Part shown: positions 1-10,384 of the stretch, piece after piece
Numbering within the stretch: position 1 is the stretch's first letter
Layout: each line of letters begins with the position of its first letter
DNA from: an uncultured virus (IMG/VR IMGVR_UViG_3300011114_000961)
Taxonomy: Duplodnaviria > Heunggongvirae > Uroviricota > Caudoviricetes
IMG/VR virus record: IMGVR_UViG_3300011114_000961
Span: 62,001-125,970 of that record
DNA: 63,970 nucleotides
Strand: one strand, 5' to 3'
The notes under the pieces: model-generated
What the model saw: the letters and a program-made list of their open reading frames with translations, nothing else
Database searches by the model: none
What the model was told of the DNA's origin: nothing
Made by a program: the position numbers and the translations under genes

Positions 1-255
1 GAAGAAAAGATGTTTTTTTATGACGGGTGTGCGTTGGTAGGCAATCCAAAACGATTCAAAACTGTTGCCACATACGCCAATGGCGATGCCATGGCCATCA
101 TGCAGGGCCGCATAGGCCTGATAGGCTGTCACCCCGAAAGTGAAAAGTTCTGGTACAACGGCTGGAGTTGGATGAAACCGCACTGGCATGAACGGCGCCA
201 TCATCAATTGCTGCTGAGCTTTGTGAATCAACTGGTCAAACAACCTGTGTATTGA
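1..255 (+). CDS. C-terminal part of a class I glutamine-amidotransferase-like (BPL_N-like) protein, 5'-truncated by the window
   Basis: ORF with GCHPE motif near the C-terminus; frame open to the window edge. Confidence 0.5.
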   Translation, partial: EEKMFFYDGCALVGNPKRFKTVATYANGDAMAIMQGRIGLIGCHPESEKFWYNGWSWMKPHWHERRHHQLLLSFVNQLVKQPVY

Positions 256-296
256 TACTGTAATGCTGTTGTAACAATCATCTTTGTAAATACAGC

Positions 297-1061
297 ATGG
301 AGAAAACATATCGCAGTATCTTTATCTCCGATGTGCATCTTGGCACAAGGGATTGTCAAGCAGACCGACTCAACAATTTCCTCAAACACAACACCTGTGA
401 CACTTTATACCTTGTGGGAGATATAATTGATGCCTGGAGAATCCAACAAAACAAATGGCGCTGGAAACAAAGCCACACTAATGTGGTCCGTCGTGTTCTC
501 GGTCATGCTAAACGCGGCACTCGTGTTGTTTATATTGCAGGTAATCACGACGAATTTTTAAGACCCATGATTCCATATGGGTTCAGTTTTGGCCTGGTTG
601 AGATACACAATCAAACGGAACATATAGGTGCAGACGGTCGACATTATCTTGTGGTACACGGAGACTTGTTTGACGGTATAACTAGATTGGCACCTTGGAT
701 AAGTTTTTTAGGAGACAAAGCATATGATGTCATTTTATCAGTTAATAGCAAATTCAATTGGCTACGCCATCGCATGGGTTTTGGGTACTTTAGTCTTAGT
801 CAATATCTCAAAGCAAGAGTAAAGAAAGCAGTAGATTTTATATTCCACTTTGAAAAGAATCTTGCCGCTTACTGTAAGAAACGCGGATATGATGGGGTTA
901 TCTGCGGCCACATACACCATGCCGAGATCAAAGATATAGATGGTGTTCGATACATGAACGACGGCGACTGGGTGGAATCATGCACAGCACTGGTTGAACA
1001 TCACGACGGTCGTTGGGAAATCATCACATGGACCCGGGAGAAGGACAATGAAATTAAGTGA
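297..1061 (+). CDS. Calcineurin-like metallophosphoesterase, UDP-2,3-diacylglucosamine hydrolase (LpxH)-like
   Basis: SDVHLG, GDIID, GNHD, HGD and GHIH metal-binding motifs. Confidence 0.85.
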   Translation: MEKTYRSIFISDVHLGTRDCQADRLNNFLKHNTCDTLYLVGDIIDAWRIQQNKWRWKQSHTNVVRRVLGHAKRGTRVVYIAGNHDEFLRPMIPYGFSFGLVEIHNQTEHIGADGRHYLVVHGDLFDGITRLAPWISFLGDKAYDVILSVNSKFNWLRHRMGFGYFSLSQYLKARVKKAVDFIFHFEKNLAAYCKKRGYDGVICGHIHHAEIKDIDGVRYMNDGDWVESCTALVEHHDGRWEIITWTREKDNEIK

Positions 1062-1758
1062 TAAAATTACCATAGTTGTGCCTTGCAAGAATGAAGAAAA
1101 TTATATTCATCATTTGTTAGATTCATTACGCTCACAAAACATAGGTGATACTAGAGTCATTATTGCTGATTGTTCTACGGATAACACCAGACAAGTTATA
1201 CGTGATAACAGTTGGGAATTGAATGTTGAGATCATTGAGGGAGGACCTGTTTCAGTGGCCAAGAACAATGGGGCAAGATTAGTTACTACTCCCTACATCT
1301 TATTCATTGACGCTGATGTTCGTTTTTTTAAATACGATGTGATCCATGATGCTGTCAATAAAATTGAATCAATGAACCTTGATCTTGTTGGATTGAACAT
1401 CAAGTGCTATGACAATGACATAAGAGCAAAGTTTGGGTTTACTATTTTTAACACTATAAATCACACATTGAAATATTTCTCACCATTTGCCGTTGGTGCT
1501 TTTATGCTCACACGTAGGGATCGATTTGAAGAATATGGCGGATTTCCCGAACAGCTGACCACAAGCGAAGACTACTTTTTGTCTAGAAAGTACAGTCCAA
1601 GAAAGTTTAGAATTGTCCGACATCATCTTGGCCAAGATTCACGCAGGTTTAAAAAAATGGGCTACATGGGCATGGCCCGATACTTGGTTAAGAATTTTAT
1701 CAATCGCAATAATAAAACATACTGGGACAGTTTAGATAATAGCAAATATTGGACGTAA
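1048..1758 (+). CDS. Glycosyltransferase family 2
   Basis: IVVPCKNEE, DCSTD, FIDAD (DxD) and SED motifs; ATG at 1048 after AGGA. Confidence 0.9.
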   Translation: MKLSDKITIVVPCKNEENYIHHLLDSLRSQNIGDTRVIIADCSTDNTRQVIRDNSWELNVEIIEGGPVSVAKNNGARLVTTPYILFIDADVRFFKYDVIHDAVNKIESMNLDLVGLNIKCYDNDIRAKFGFTIFNTINHTLKYFSPFAVGAFMLTRRDRFEEYGGFPEQLTTSEDYFLSRKYSPRKFRIVRHHLGQDSRRFKKMGYMGMARYLVKNFINRNNKTYWDSLDNSKYWT

Positions 1759-1834
1759 TATTAGTGTAACGGTAATGTCTTTAAATACTTGTGTGCCATG
1801 GTGGCACAAACCCAATAACCCAAAGGAGCAACCC

Positions 1835-2767
1835 ATGAGATTTGAAGACCTAGCCTTACGCCTGCAAGCAGTTGAAGCCAAATTGGCCACACTGACCGGC
1901 ACCACAATTGACACAGTAGCACCTGCTACCATTGACCAACTTGACATGAGATTGACTGCTGTTGAATCCCAGGTCAACCAAATGATTGCTGAAAAGACTC
2001 AAAGCCACATTGAAGCTATTGTTGCAGCACCAGCCGATGCTGCCCCTGTCACAGTTGAACAAGTGGTTGCACTATCGCCCAGCGCAGAAGTGCCAGCAGC
2101 AGCCGACATTGTGACTGATGTTGTTGCAGCACACGTGGAAGCAGATCCAGTGGATCACCCAGAAGTTGCTGACATTATTGCTGCCGCAGTTGCCGCAGTT
2201 GTTACCGCACAGCCAGAAGTTGTTATTGACCCAGTGGCCATCACTGAAGCTATCATAGCCGCAGTTGCTGACGCACCGCTGCCTGTGTCCGTAGGACATG
2301 TTGTAGCAAATCAAAATATCTGTGCGCCAGGCAATGAGCGAGTATGGTTGTATCAAGGCAACATGAGTGCTGCACAGTGGGAAGATACGCTGTTGATCAC
2401 TAGTGGTTACACCTGGTTTGCTCCAGAAGCAGACGTGACTTCTGGCATTGTTACCAGTGGTGACAGTCACGATGGAATCTATCACATTAGTGTGGCTGAT
2501 GCAGGTGGTACCGCTGTTATTCCAGCTTCGGGCAAAGTATACACTTTCTATCCACCAGCTGCTGCGCCAGCACCAGAAGTGGTACAGCAAGTGGTTGACG
2601 CAGTTATTGATATTATTGCTGCTGCAACAGGTGTTGAACAAGTTGCTGCCGAAGTGGTTCAACAAGTCGAAGAAGCAATTGCCACATCTGCTGACCCAGA
2701 ACTGGATGCCATTGAAGCCCGTCTAGATGCTGTTGAAATCAAGGTTAACGGCCTATTGGGCAAGTGA
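1835..2767 (+). CDS. Ala/Val/Pro-rich acidic hypothetical protein with coiled-coil ends
   Basis: AAGGAG RBS before ATG 1835; RLxAVE helices at both termini. Confidence 0.7.
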   Translation: MRFEDLALRLQAVEAKLATLTGTTIDTVAPATIDQLDMRLTAVESQVNQMIAEKTQSHIEAIVAAPADAAPVTVEQVVALSPSAEVPAAADIVTDVVAAHVEADPVDHPEVADIIAAAVAAVVTAQPEVVIDPVAITEAIIAAVADAPLPVSVGHVVANQNICAPGNERVWLYQGNMSAAQWEDTLLITSGYTWFAPEADVTSGIVTSGDSHDGIYHISVADAGGTAVIPASGKVYTFYPPAAAPAPEVVQQVVDAVIDIIAAATGVEQVAAEVVQQVEEAIATSADPELDAIEARLDAVEIKVNGLLGK

Positions 2768-2836
2768 TTGTCTGGGTAAAACCCCATTTAAACCGACCTC
2801 AAGATTGAGAGGCTGCTGGAACTCGTAACCAGCACT

Positions 2837-2860
2837 AAGAGCCGCAAGGCTCTTTTTTTT
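2837..2860 (+). terminator. Intrinsic terminator
   Basis: aagagcc-gcaa-ggctctt followed by a T run. Confidence 0.85.
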
Positions 2861-2875
2861 GGTAAATAAAACATC

Positions 2876-4861
2876 ATGATCATCAACGATTTTTTTACCA
2901 ACCCCAAAAGATCTGCACGCAATGTGACAGAAAACTCGCAAAGAGTTGACTCACTTGTCACTGACGCATTACGAGTGATGCAAGGTCCAACAGTGAGTGA
3001 CGCTGTGCTGGCACTAAAGCGAGTGTTGGGAGACAGAGAATACAACGGCCGCCGCGGCTTTTATAGTTTTTACGTTGATCAAATTCTTGACATGTATGGT
3101 CAGCAGAATTTAGCGGAAGACGCCAATGAGTTGCCACCTGGCAGTCTAGGATCAATGCCCACTACAGATTATGTCAAGAACATGTATTCAACTGCTGCTG
3201 AACGCGGCATGGCTGCTCCTGATCCGGCCGCAGTTAAAAATTCAATGGCTTTGAATCCCAAAGGCGATGTGGATGTGTCTGGAACTTTTAACAAAGGCAT
3301 GAAAGCATTTCAAAATCCTGAACTTACAAAAAATCTCAACGCACTCACAAAGCTGGTAGGTCGAGCAGAAACTGATTATATCAATCATCCAGTGGCAACA
3401 GGAACAGGCAATGAAACGCCCCAAATGCACACAACACCGTTGACACAAAAACCCAATTACTTAGACAGCAGGCCAGCGACAGGAACTGGCAAAGAAACTC
3501 CTAGACTAGACACACGCCCAGCAACAGCCAACCCCAATGCCAATTATGATAACATGATGCAGCCCATGGAAACCGCCGATGCTTATCCTTCTCCTGCTGA
3601 TGTTGCTGGGTCGATGTCCAACAACACCGATGATGGCCCGGATATCATGAAAAATTGGGACCGCTTTGGCAAAAACCTCAAGCCTGGTCAGGAAATAAAA
3701 CCGCTGGACAGTGAAGAAGAAGCAGCCGTAAGAAACCACATCAACCGTTGGCAAACAAAGATGAACAATCTACCAGACCCATTTGCGGCGCCAACCGTTT
3801 ATAAGGGTGCCAATGGCGAAGAATTTTCAGTACCCAACACAGGCGGCAGTAATAGTAACACAGAATACCCACCGCCAAGTGTGATATTGCCAGCAGGGCA
3901 AGTCAATGGCGAGTATAGCAAAAAAGCTGGAGATGGTGCATCTGGTGCAGCAGCTGACCCAAGCAATCCTAACAGACTGCCTGCCGGCACTACGTGGCAA
4001 TATGTAATAAATCCAGCGTACCGCCAGTCTGAACCAGCAGCTAACTCAGTGCCAGCAGGCAACGCAGTATCATCCACTGGTAAAACACAGCCAGTGCGTA
4101 TGAGCATGACCATGGGCAACGGTGCCGGTGATAATGGCGAAATCACTGGTGGAAGTAAAGGTCGCATTGATCAAGCCACAATAGATCGTGCTAGAGCATG
4201 GGCAGCAAAACAAAATGCACCGGCGGCCGGTGGTACAACCGCATCAAAAACAACAGCACCATTGTGGCAAGACATAGCTCAAGCAAATAAAATAGCCAAT
4301 CCTGATCGTATCTATCCTGGGCAGCAAATCAAACTGCCCAATGGTACTTTTGCTGTGGTTGACAAAGGAGATACCTTGTCAGGTATTGCGAATCGATATC
4401 GTCAAGGTGGATATAATGCCGGAACACCTGCCAGTCAGCCAAGGAAAACTTCAGTAAAAGAAACTGACACGGGTGACACCATGGATGACGGATTCAAATG
4501 GGGCAGTGCAACCATGCCCATGCAGGATGGCTCCACGATGCAATACCATGCACCAACCAATTCTTACAAACAGGCAACGCCGCCTACTCGCCCAGATCTA
4601 AACACAAACATAAGCACAATCTCACGTGATACCACCGCAGCCAAAAACGGTCAGGCCAACCGTAACTACAGCGATGTTACTATAGCGACAAATCCTGCGA
4701 CCGGCACCGGAGATTACATGCACAAGCAGGATGTGAATGGTACACCCACAACAACATTTCAAAAGAATGTCCCTGCAGCCGAACTGGCCAAAATGCAATC
4801 ACAGCATTTTAACGAAGATATCAATCGCATGCAAAATTTAGCTGGCATCCGCAAAAAATAA
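2876..4861 (+). CDS. Low-complexity putative virion protein with LysM domain
   Basis: WQDIAQANKIANPDRIYPGQQIKLP...VDKGDTLSGIA LysM motif; TAAATA upstream. Confidence 0.75.
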   Translation: MIINDFFTNPKRSARNVTENSQRVDSLVTDALRVMQGPTVSDAVLALKRVLGDREYNGRRGFYSFYVDQILDMYGQQNLAEDANELPPGSLGSMPTTDYVKNMYSTAAERGMAAPDPAAVKNSMALNPKGDVDVSGTFNKGMKAFQNPELTKNLNALTKLVGRAETDYINHPVATGTGNETPQMHTTPLTQKPNYLDSRPATGTGKETPRLDTRPATANPNANYDNMMQPMETADAYPSPADVAGSMSNNTDDGPDIMKNWDRFGKNLKPGQEIKPLDSEEEAAVRNHINRWQTKMNNLPDPFAAPTVYKGANGEEFSVPNTGGSNSNTEYPPPSVILPAGQVNGEYSKKAGDGASGAAADPSNPNRLPAGTTWQYVINPAYRQSEPAANSVPAGNAVSSTGKTQPVRMSMTMGNGAGDNGEITGGSKGRIDQATIDRARAWAAKQNAPAAGGTTASKTTAPLWQDIAQANKIANPDRIYPGQQIKLPNGTFAVVDKGDTLSGIANRYRQGGYNAGTPASQPRKTSVKETDTGDTMDDGFKWGSATMPMQDGSTMQYHAPTNSYKQATPPTRPDLNTNISTISRDTTAAKNGQANRNYSDVTIATNPATGTGDYMHKQDVNGTPTTTFQKNVPAAELAKMQSQHFNEDINRMQNLAGIRKK

Positions 4862-4916
4862 AAACCACTCAATCCACGCGGCATACATAATGTATGCCGT
4901 TTTTTATGACCCAATC

Positions 4917-5738
4917 ATGATTGATATTGTTACAGTGGTATTTGAGCCAGAACTGTCAGTTCTGCAAGCCCAGGCACACAGCATTGATCTCTACTGCCAA
5001 GACATAGGAATAAAGAATATCTATGTCATAGTCAATGACTCAGACACAGTGGCCAGTCAGATTGATACTGCCTGGTGGGGCAGTCTCCAACATTGTGTGA
5101 CTGTGTTGCCATGCAGAGCATTCTCTGCTGAGTTGGTTGACAATGGCTGGGTCAGCCAACAAGTGCTCAAAATATTGGGCGCTGCCACAAGTTACAACAC
5201 CTGGTGCATGGCACTGGATGCCAAAACACTGTTTGTAAAATCATTAAAATTGACTGATGTCATGGACAGTCAAGGCCGTCCACGTACTGGTAAGTTAGAA
5301 ATATACCCAGTGTTTGAATCCAGTAGAATCAAAGTAAGCAAGTTGTTTGAAGTTGATGTGACAACACAATTAGGTCCCGGCGGCGTGCCATTTCTGTTCA
5401 ATACACAAATGACTCGCGCCATGATTGTTGATATAGAACACCGTACCAATCAGTCATTCCCTGCATGGTTTCAACAACAAGGCTCAGTGACTGAATTCAT
5501 CTTGTATTCAGGATACTTGGAATCCAAGCACATGATGGATGTGTTGTACAACACTGATCAAGTTGGCCTGCAACCGTGCAATCTATGTCACAGCGAAGTT
5601 GCAGCATTTGATAGAAAATTTATTGAAATGTCACACAGTTCGACAGTAAGCATACATCGCAATGCCTGGTCCAGGCTGTTGCCTGATCAACAACAACAAT
5701 ATCAGTCATTCCTTAGCCAGCGAGGTATTACTTTATGA
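4917..5738 (+). CDS. DUF6492-like putative nucleotide-diphospho-sugar transferase
   Basis: GWVSQQVLK, LDAK and TEFILY motifs; paralog of 8092-8970. Confidence 0.55.
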   Translation: MIDIVTVVFEPELSVLQAQAHSIDLYCQDIGIKNIYVIVNDSDTVASQIDTAWWGSLQHCVTVLPCRAFSAELVDNGWVSQQVLKILGAATSYNTWCMALDAKTLFVKSLKLTDVMDSQGRPRTGKLEIYPVFESSRIKVSKLFEVDVTTQLGPGGVPFLFNTQMTRAMIVDIEHRTNQSFPAWFQQQGSVTEFILYSGYLESKHMMDVLYNTDQVGLQPCNLCHSEVAAFDRKFIEMSHSSTVSIHRNAWSRLLPDQQQQYQSFLSQRGITL

Positions 5739-6265
5739 AAGCACTTTGCTTGGTTGCTCATCCAGACGACTGTGTGATATTTGCCTACAGTTATATTCAC
5801 AACCATCCTGAACATGCTTGGACCATTGCATATTTAACTTATACAGAATCAGATCCACGTGGCGCAGAGATGTCAGCATTTTGGCGTCGTCGGGGCATTG
5901 ACACTGTGTTTCTTGGCTTTGAAGATCACTGGCACGATCAGGAACAACAACAGTTTACTCGGTGGGATCACCAATCGGCCCTGGTCAAATGTTGGGAACT
6001 GGCCAAACAATATGCGCTGGTTCTCACACATGATCAACACGGTGACTATGGTCACATACATCACCAACTGGTGCATGACAGCGTTCGACGCCATTGCAAT
6101 CTAGTGACATTTGCGCCGCACGGGCAAGGCACAACAACATTGAGAGTGGCACCAGGAACATACAGTCTAGACGAATTGCCATGTCATGGCAACATTATTG
6201 CAGGCTTTCACGTGGCCGAGCACAAAAACAGTTACACAGAACCACAACAGGAGATATCACCATGA
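5735..6265 (+). CDS. PIG-L/LmbE-family deacetylase
   Basis: AHPDD and GDYGHIHH motifs. Confidence 0.85.
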   Translation: MKALCLVAHPDDCVIFAYSYIHNHPEHAWTIAYLTYTESDPRGAEMSAFWRRRGIDTVFLGFEDHWHDQEQQQFTRWDHQSALVKCWELAKQYALVLTHDQHGDYGHIHHQLVHDSVRRHCNLVTFAPHGQGTTTLRVAPGTYSLDELPCHGNIIAGFHVAEHKNSYTEPQQEISP

Positions 6266-7062
6266 AACTAATGGTAGCAGGATGCAGCTTCAGTGCTGTG
6301 AGTAAAACATTACCAGGCACAGCCTGGAGCGAACGATTGGCGCAGAAACTAGGATGGGATCTAGTAAATCTAGCACGCCAAGGTTGCAGCAACGGCGGCA
6401 TACGCATACAGATAGATGAGATTCGTCGGCAACGGCCAGATCTAGCCATCATTGGCCCCACGTTCTGGGACCGTATGGAAATACCTGCTGACTCTGCACC
6501 GTATGACTGGAACCGAGCACCAAGCACAGGAGAAAATCCTCCATTGGAGCAACATCTTCAAAATAGAAAACTAGGCAATGGCTATCGTAGAGAAGATGGC
6601 ATACGCAATGTCAACTACGGCACAGAATCGTCAAACATGATATGTGAAACCATATTCACCTTGGCCGAAAATTACGAGCATCCGTATCGAATGGGTCGCA
6701 TAACCAAGCAAGCTCAAATAGGTATCAGACATTGGATTGACAGCATTTATGACAATGCGTGGAAAAAACAACAAGATGAATGGATCATACGGGAAGGCAT
6801 ACTCATGATGTTCCTGGATGGCATAAAGTTCATAGTGCTACCAAACTTGTTGTGGCCATTTGACCCAGACAATCAGTCGCTATGGCGAGATGCATTTCCT
6901 GCTATCATACCCGATCATTATATCAACTTGAACGAATCACTGCAGGCCATCTGCGGTAACAATCCGTTTGAAGGTGAGGATCCAGGTTATCATTCCAGCC
7001 CGGCTGGGCAACAGATCATAGCTGACAATTTCTATCAGCACTGGATCACTCACTTCAAGTGA
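6262..7062 (+). CDS. SGNH-like hypothetical protein
   Basis: N-terminal GCSF, NLARQGCSN, C-terminal DPGYH. Confidence 0.6.
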   Translation: MKLMVAGCSFSAVSKTLPGTAWSERLAQKLGWDLVNLARQGCSNGGIRIQIDEIRRQRPDLAIIGPTFWDRMEIPADSAPYDWNRAPSTGENPPLEQHLQNRKLGNGYRREDGIRNVNYGTESSNMICETIFTLAENYEHPYRMGRITKQAQIGIRHWIDSIYDNAWKKQQDEWIIREGILMMFLDGIKFIVLPNLLWPFDPDNQSLWRDAFPAIIPDHYINLNESLQAICGNNPFEGEDPGYHSSPAGQQIIADNFYQHWITHFK

Positions 7063-8111
7063 TCAACCACAAAATTCTGTAGCTCTTGACGTTTTTCTTG
7101 TTCAAGAGCATACAGTCTGTGGTGGTTGTGATCCAGCCTGGGTTGCAGTTTTTTCAGCAGAACCGGTAAGTCTTGATTGCACAATGATTTTACCTGTTCA
7201 AATGCACAGCCCCAACGTGTTATATCATCGGGCTCTGAGTCGTAGGTTTCATCTATTACATCGCCAAATGTTTCAAAACCCCAGTCTCTATAGTGCTGCA
7301 AAAATCCCTGTATGCCAAACACCACAAACAATCTACGTGCCTGTAGGCATTTGGCAATTTTTTCTGCTGACAAAAACACACGACCTTGTGCCAGTGTTTC
7401 GCATACCACACTAAACCAAGTTCTATTGTAGATCTCCCAGGGCACCAGCCCACTGACTGAATTGTCCATGTCTTTTTTGACTTCCCACGCAGGGTCAAGA
7501 TTGGCGCTCACGTAAGGATACTGTAAAACAGTGTTGTCAAACAGTCGAGCCACACGTTCAGGAGTCTGATCAATCCAGTGACCCACAAATAAATCACGAT
7601 AGGTCACGATGTTCTGTTCCAACAGGTTAGATTTTTGCAAGCTCAGCATGACAAAATCTCTGTGTTCACGTCGGGCTCCCAACAAACATTCAAATGCAAA
7701 TGGACGTTCTAGGGGGAAATCTTCTCGGGGCGGATTCCATCGCAAGAAATTAAAACTCCAGGCTGGTCGATAGATCACTCTTGGGTCATGTGGCTCATCC
7801 AACCATACACCTGCTGTGTGCAACAACCAGTTGCTGATACCTGTAGTTTCTATCCAAGCAATCAGTTCAGTTTTTGAATGCCATTCAATGTCAGTAAACA
7901 ACACCAGGTCAAATTTGTGCAACGGAAATTGCATGTACTCGGGTCGATAATCAAACTTGTTGGGTAAACTGTAAAAAACTGGCATCACAGCTATTTTGTG
8001 AGGCTGGCTCAATGCTGTGTCAAGGTCTACAATTTGATCATACCCAAACCCCCATTCAATGGCTTGATATCCTGGAGAGAATACTTGAAGTTTATCGGGC
8101 CAGGCGCTCAC
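7050..8111 (-). CDS. Hypothetical protein, possible glycosyltransferase-like (related to 15372-16343)
   Basis: Long ORF, probable GTG start overlapping the upstream gene; SVVCET..AEKIAK..GFETF..IDETYD motif. Confidence 0.55.
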   Translation of the reverse strand: MSAWPDKLQVFSPGYQAIEWGFGYDQIVDLDTALSQPHKIAVMPVFYSLPNKFDYRPEYMQFPLHKFDLVLFTDIEWHSKTELIAWIETTGISNWLLHTAGVWLDEPHDPRVIYRPAWSFNFLRWNPPREDFPLERPFAFECLLGARREHRDFVMLSLQKSNLLEQNIVTYRDLFVGHWIDQTPERVARLFDNTVLQYPYVSANLDPAWEVKKDMDNSVSGLVPWEIYNRTWFSVVCETLAQGRVFLSAEKIAKCLQARRLFVVFGIQGFLQHYRDWGFETFGDVIDETYDSEPDDITRWGCAFEQVKSLCNQDLPVLLKKLQPRLDHNHHRLYALEQEKRQELQNFVVDHLK

Positions 8112-8970
8112 GTATCTTGTCCATGTAGTATTCAAACTGGGGAATCTCTTTTTTATCCCAGTCATATTGCAAACTAAATCTAAGGTCAGGCACAGCATCA
8201 CACACAGCAGTATGATATGTGGGATCAAAGTCGCCAATCTTTTCCATGCTATCGTAGTGATAGCGTCGTTGGAATTCCATGGTGATGTCATTGCGACTCA
8301 TGGCCCAGTTGCCAATGAACTCGTACTCCGAGAACCAGCGTATGAGCTCGCCGTTGCCCCAGGGCGGTACGGTGGGCTCAGGTGGACATGAATCAATCAT
8401 GGCATCCAGCCATTTCTTTTTGTGTTTGTCTTCTAGAAATTTCACAAGGTCGTTGAAGTCTTTCTTGAGCACAGGCACAAACTCACTGATAAAGCAATGC
8501 GGTGTCAGTCGTTCAAAGCCCAGTGCATTTTTGATACTTTCGTAATAGCCCCAACTGTGGCGTTCATTTTCCAACACCATGAAGTTGAGCCGGCCATCTT
8601 TAAAGGGTTCATAGTCTTTGATCAACAAGCAATCGCAGTCATGCATGATCATGAGATCATAATCCAACATGTCTAAAAAAGCAAACTTGATGGCCTGCTG
8701 GCGCAACCAGTATGTTCTGTAGTCCCCGTCAAACACCCAGTTGTTGACTTCGGGGTATAGTCTATAAATTTCTGAATCTGGTGCGTAGTCAAATTTTGAT
8801 GTATCTACGCCGTACTGTTCGAACACAGTCCAAAGTTCATCTTTGGGCACAGGGCTGGCAATACAGGTTCTATCCACACCAATAAGGTGCCGGGTAAACT
8901 CTGGTTGCAAACTCATGATTGCGTGTGGCACGCGATAGCGTGCTAGATATAAAATTTTTGCTGATGTCAT
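8092..8970 (-). CDS. DUF6492-like putative sugar transferase
   Basis: WLRQQAIK, HDCD (DxD) and FSEYE motifs. Confidence 0.55.
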   Translation of the reverse strand: MTSAKILYLARYRVPHAIMSLQPEFTRHLIGVDRTCIASPVPKDELWTVFEQYGVDTSKFDYAPDSEIYRLYPEVNNWVFDGDYRTYWLRQQAIKFAFLDMLDYDLMIMHDCDCLLIKDYEPFKDGRLNFMVLENERHSWGYYESIKNALGFERLTPHCFISEFVPVLKKDFNDLVKFLEDKHKKKWLDAMIDSCPPEPTVPPWGNGELIRWFSEYEFIGNWAMSRNDITMEFQRRYHYDSMEKIGDFDPTYHTAVCDAVPDLRFSLQYDWDKKEIPQFEYYMDKIRERLAR

Positions 8971-9006
8971 AATATGTTCCTAAATTGATATGATAAGGCC
9001 ATGCAT

Positions 9007-10047
9007 TCATACACGATTACATGTAGTTATGCATTGATATGTTCGGCCTTGACTGATACTGTCTTTGGCCCAGGACTGTTCAATGGATTCAAACCATTCC
9101 AGGCAATGCTCCAGTGTGTGTTCCAATGCATTGTTTTGTTGCACCATGGGTGCCAGTTCTTTGTTGCCTGGATAATTCATCGTTTTTGGATAGAACCCCA
9201 AATAGCAACAAGGATACACAGATCCATCTGCTGCTATGTATATCTCTCTGTTCATTTTGTGTGTGCATTGCAAATTCAATGTGGTGGAATCTTTTTCGCT
9301 GCGGAATGTGCGTGAATCATACCATGTGATATGACTTTCCAACATGGGCTGCACATCCGGAGCTGGACCAACAGGTTCGCCGATATGATGGCTGAATGTT
9401 TGATCTCGATTGAACACTGGCCCGCGATCACGGCCATCATATATGTTTTCAAATCTAGCAAATCCCATCACGCGAGATAATTTCTCGCATGCATCTTGTT
9501 GATGGCGATTGTGATCAAATGGCGCAAATCTCCATTCTGCATGCCCACCTGCGTTGATAAACGCCTGGGCATTTGCTATTATTTTGTGCCAGTCTGTGTC
9601 CTGCCTGTACAGATGATGGGTGTCAGCCAGGCCATCTAATGCAAATCCTATTGAGACTCCGGGACGGGCCAATCTTGCCCACCAATCTGGAGTTCTGGTA
9701 CTGCCATTGGTATTGATACGAACATTAACTCCGTGCTCTACCAGATACTCCACAATCTCTGCACCATCTTTTGCGTTGGAAAAATCGCCAAGATTGCCAT
9801 TGAAATTGATGCCTTGAAAGTTGTAGTTGATCGGAACTCTTCCATTCACTGGCGGGTCTGATCTCATGATTCCAGTCAATATTGCAGGTGTGAGTATTTT
9901 TTTGAAATCAGCAAGGCCGAGTTCGCACACAGGATATCCCGAATTGTAGTCAATACCTCGATAGTTTCGCATGCACATGGGGCAACGAGCGTTGCATCTT
10001 GTGGTGAGTTCAATTTGAATCTGCCGCACGTCAACTAATTTAAGCAT
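9007..10047 (-). CDS. Radical SAM protein with SPASM/twitch domain
   Basis: CNARCPMC (CxxxCxxC); C-terminal DGSVYPCC and CITTC. Confidence 0.9.
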   Translation of the reverse strand: MLKLVDVRQIQIELTTRCNARCPMCMRNYRGIDYNSGYPVCELGLADFKKILTPAILTGIMRSDPPVNGRVPINYNFQGINFNGNLGDFSNAKDGAEIVEYLVEHGVNVRINTNGSTRTPDWWARLARPGVSIGFALDGLADTHHLYRQDTDWHKIIANAQAFINAGGHAEWRFAPFDHNRHQQDACEKLSRVMGFARFENIYDGRDRGPVFNRDQTFSHHIGEPVGPAPDVQPMLESHITWYDSRTFRSEKDSTTLNLQCTHKMNREIYIAADGSVYPCCYLGFYPKTMNYPGNKELAPMVQQNNALEHTLEHCLEWFESIEQSWAKDSISQGRTYQCITTCNRV

Positions 10048-10084
10048 ATAGATATTTATAGGTGCATATTTTGCTAAATAAATT

Positions 10085-10384
10085 ATGGAGCCTAAATTCA
10101 TACAATTTACTGTTGATGTCAGTGCCAAACGGTATCCGGGTGCTAATCTGCGATATCGAGCATACGTCAATGACGAATTGTTCACTGAGCGCAATTGGAT
10201 CTGGACTGACACTTATCTTGAAGAAACACATCAGATCATGGCACCCACGGGCACATATCCCATACGTTACGAAACAGTGGACCGAGAAGCAGGGCGCATA
10301 CGTGTGACCAATTTTCGTGTGATTGACGGTCCAGGTGTCATCGTTGGTGTGGGCAGTGACGAAGTTTCGTTGAGGATATTTTAA
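10085..10384 (+). CDS. Hypothetical protein
   Basis: 99-aa ORF after TAAATA, coupled to the next gene. Confidence 0.7.
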   Translation: MEPKFIQFTVDVSAKRYPGANLRYRAYVNDELFTERNWIWTDTYLEETHQIMAPTGTYPIRYETVDREAGRIRVTNFRVIDGPGVIVGVGSDEVSLRIF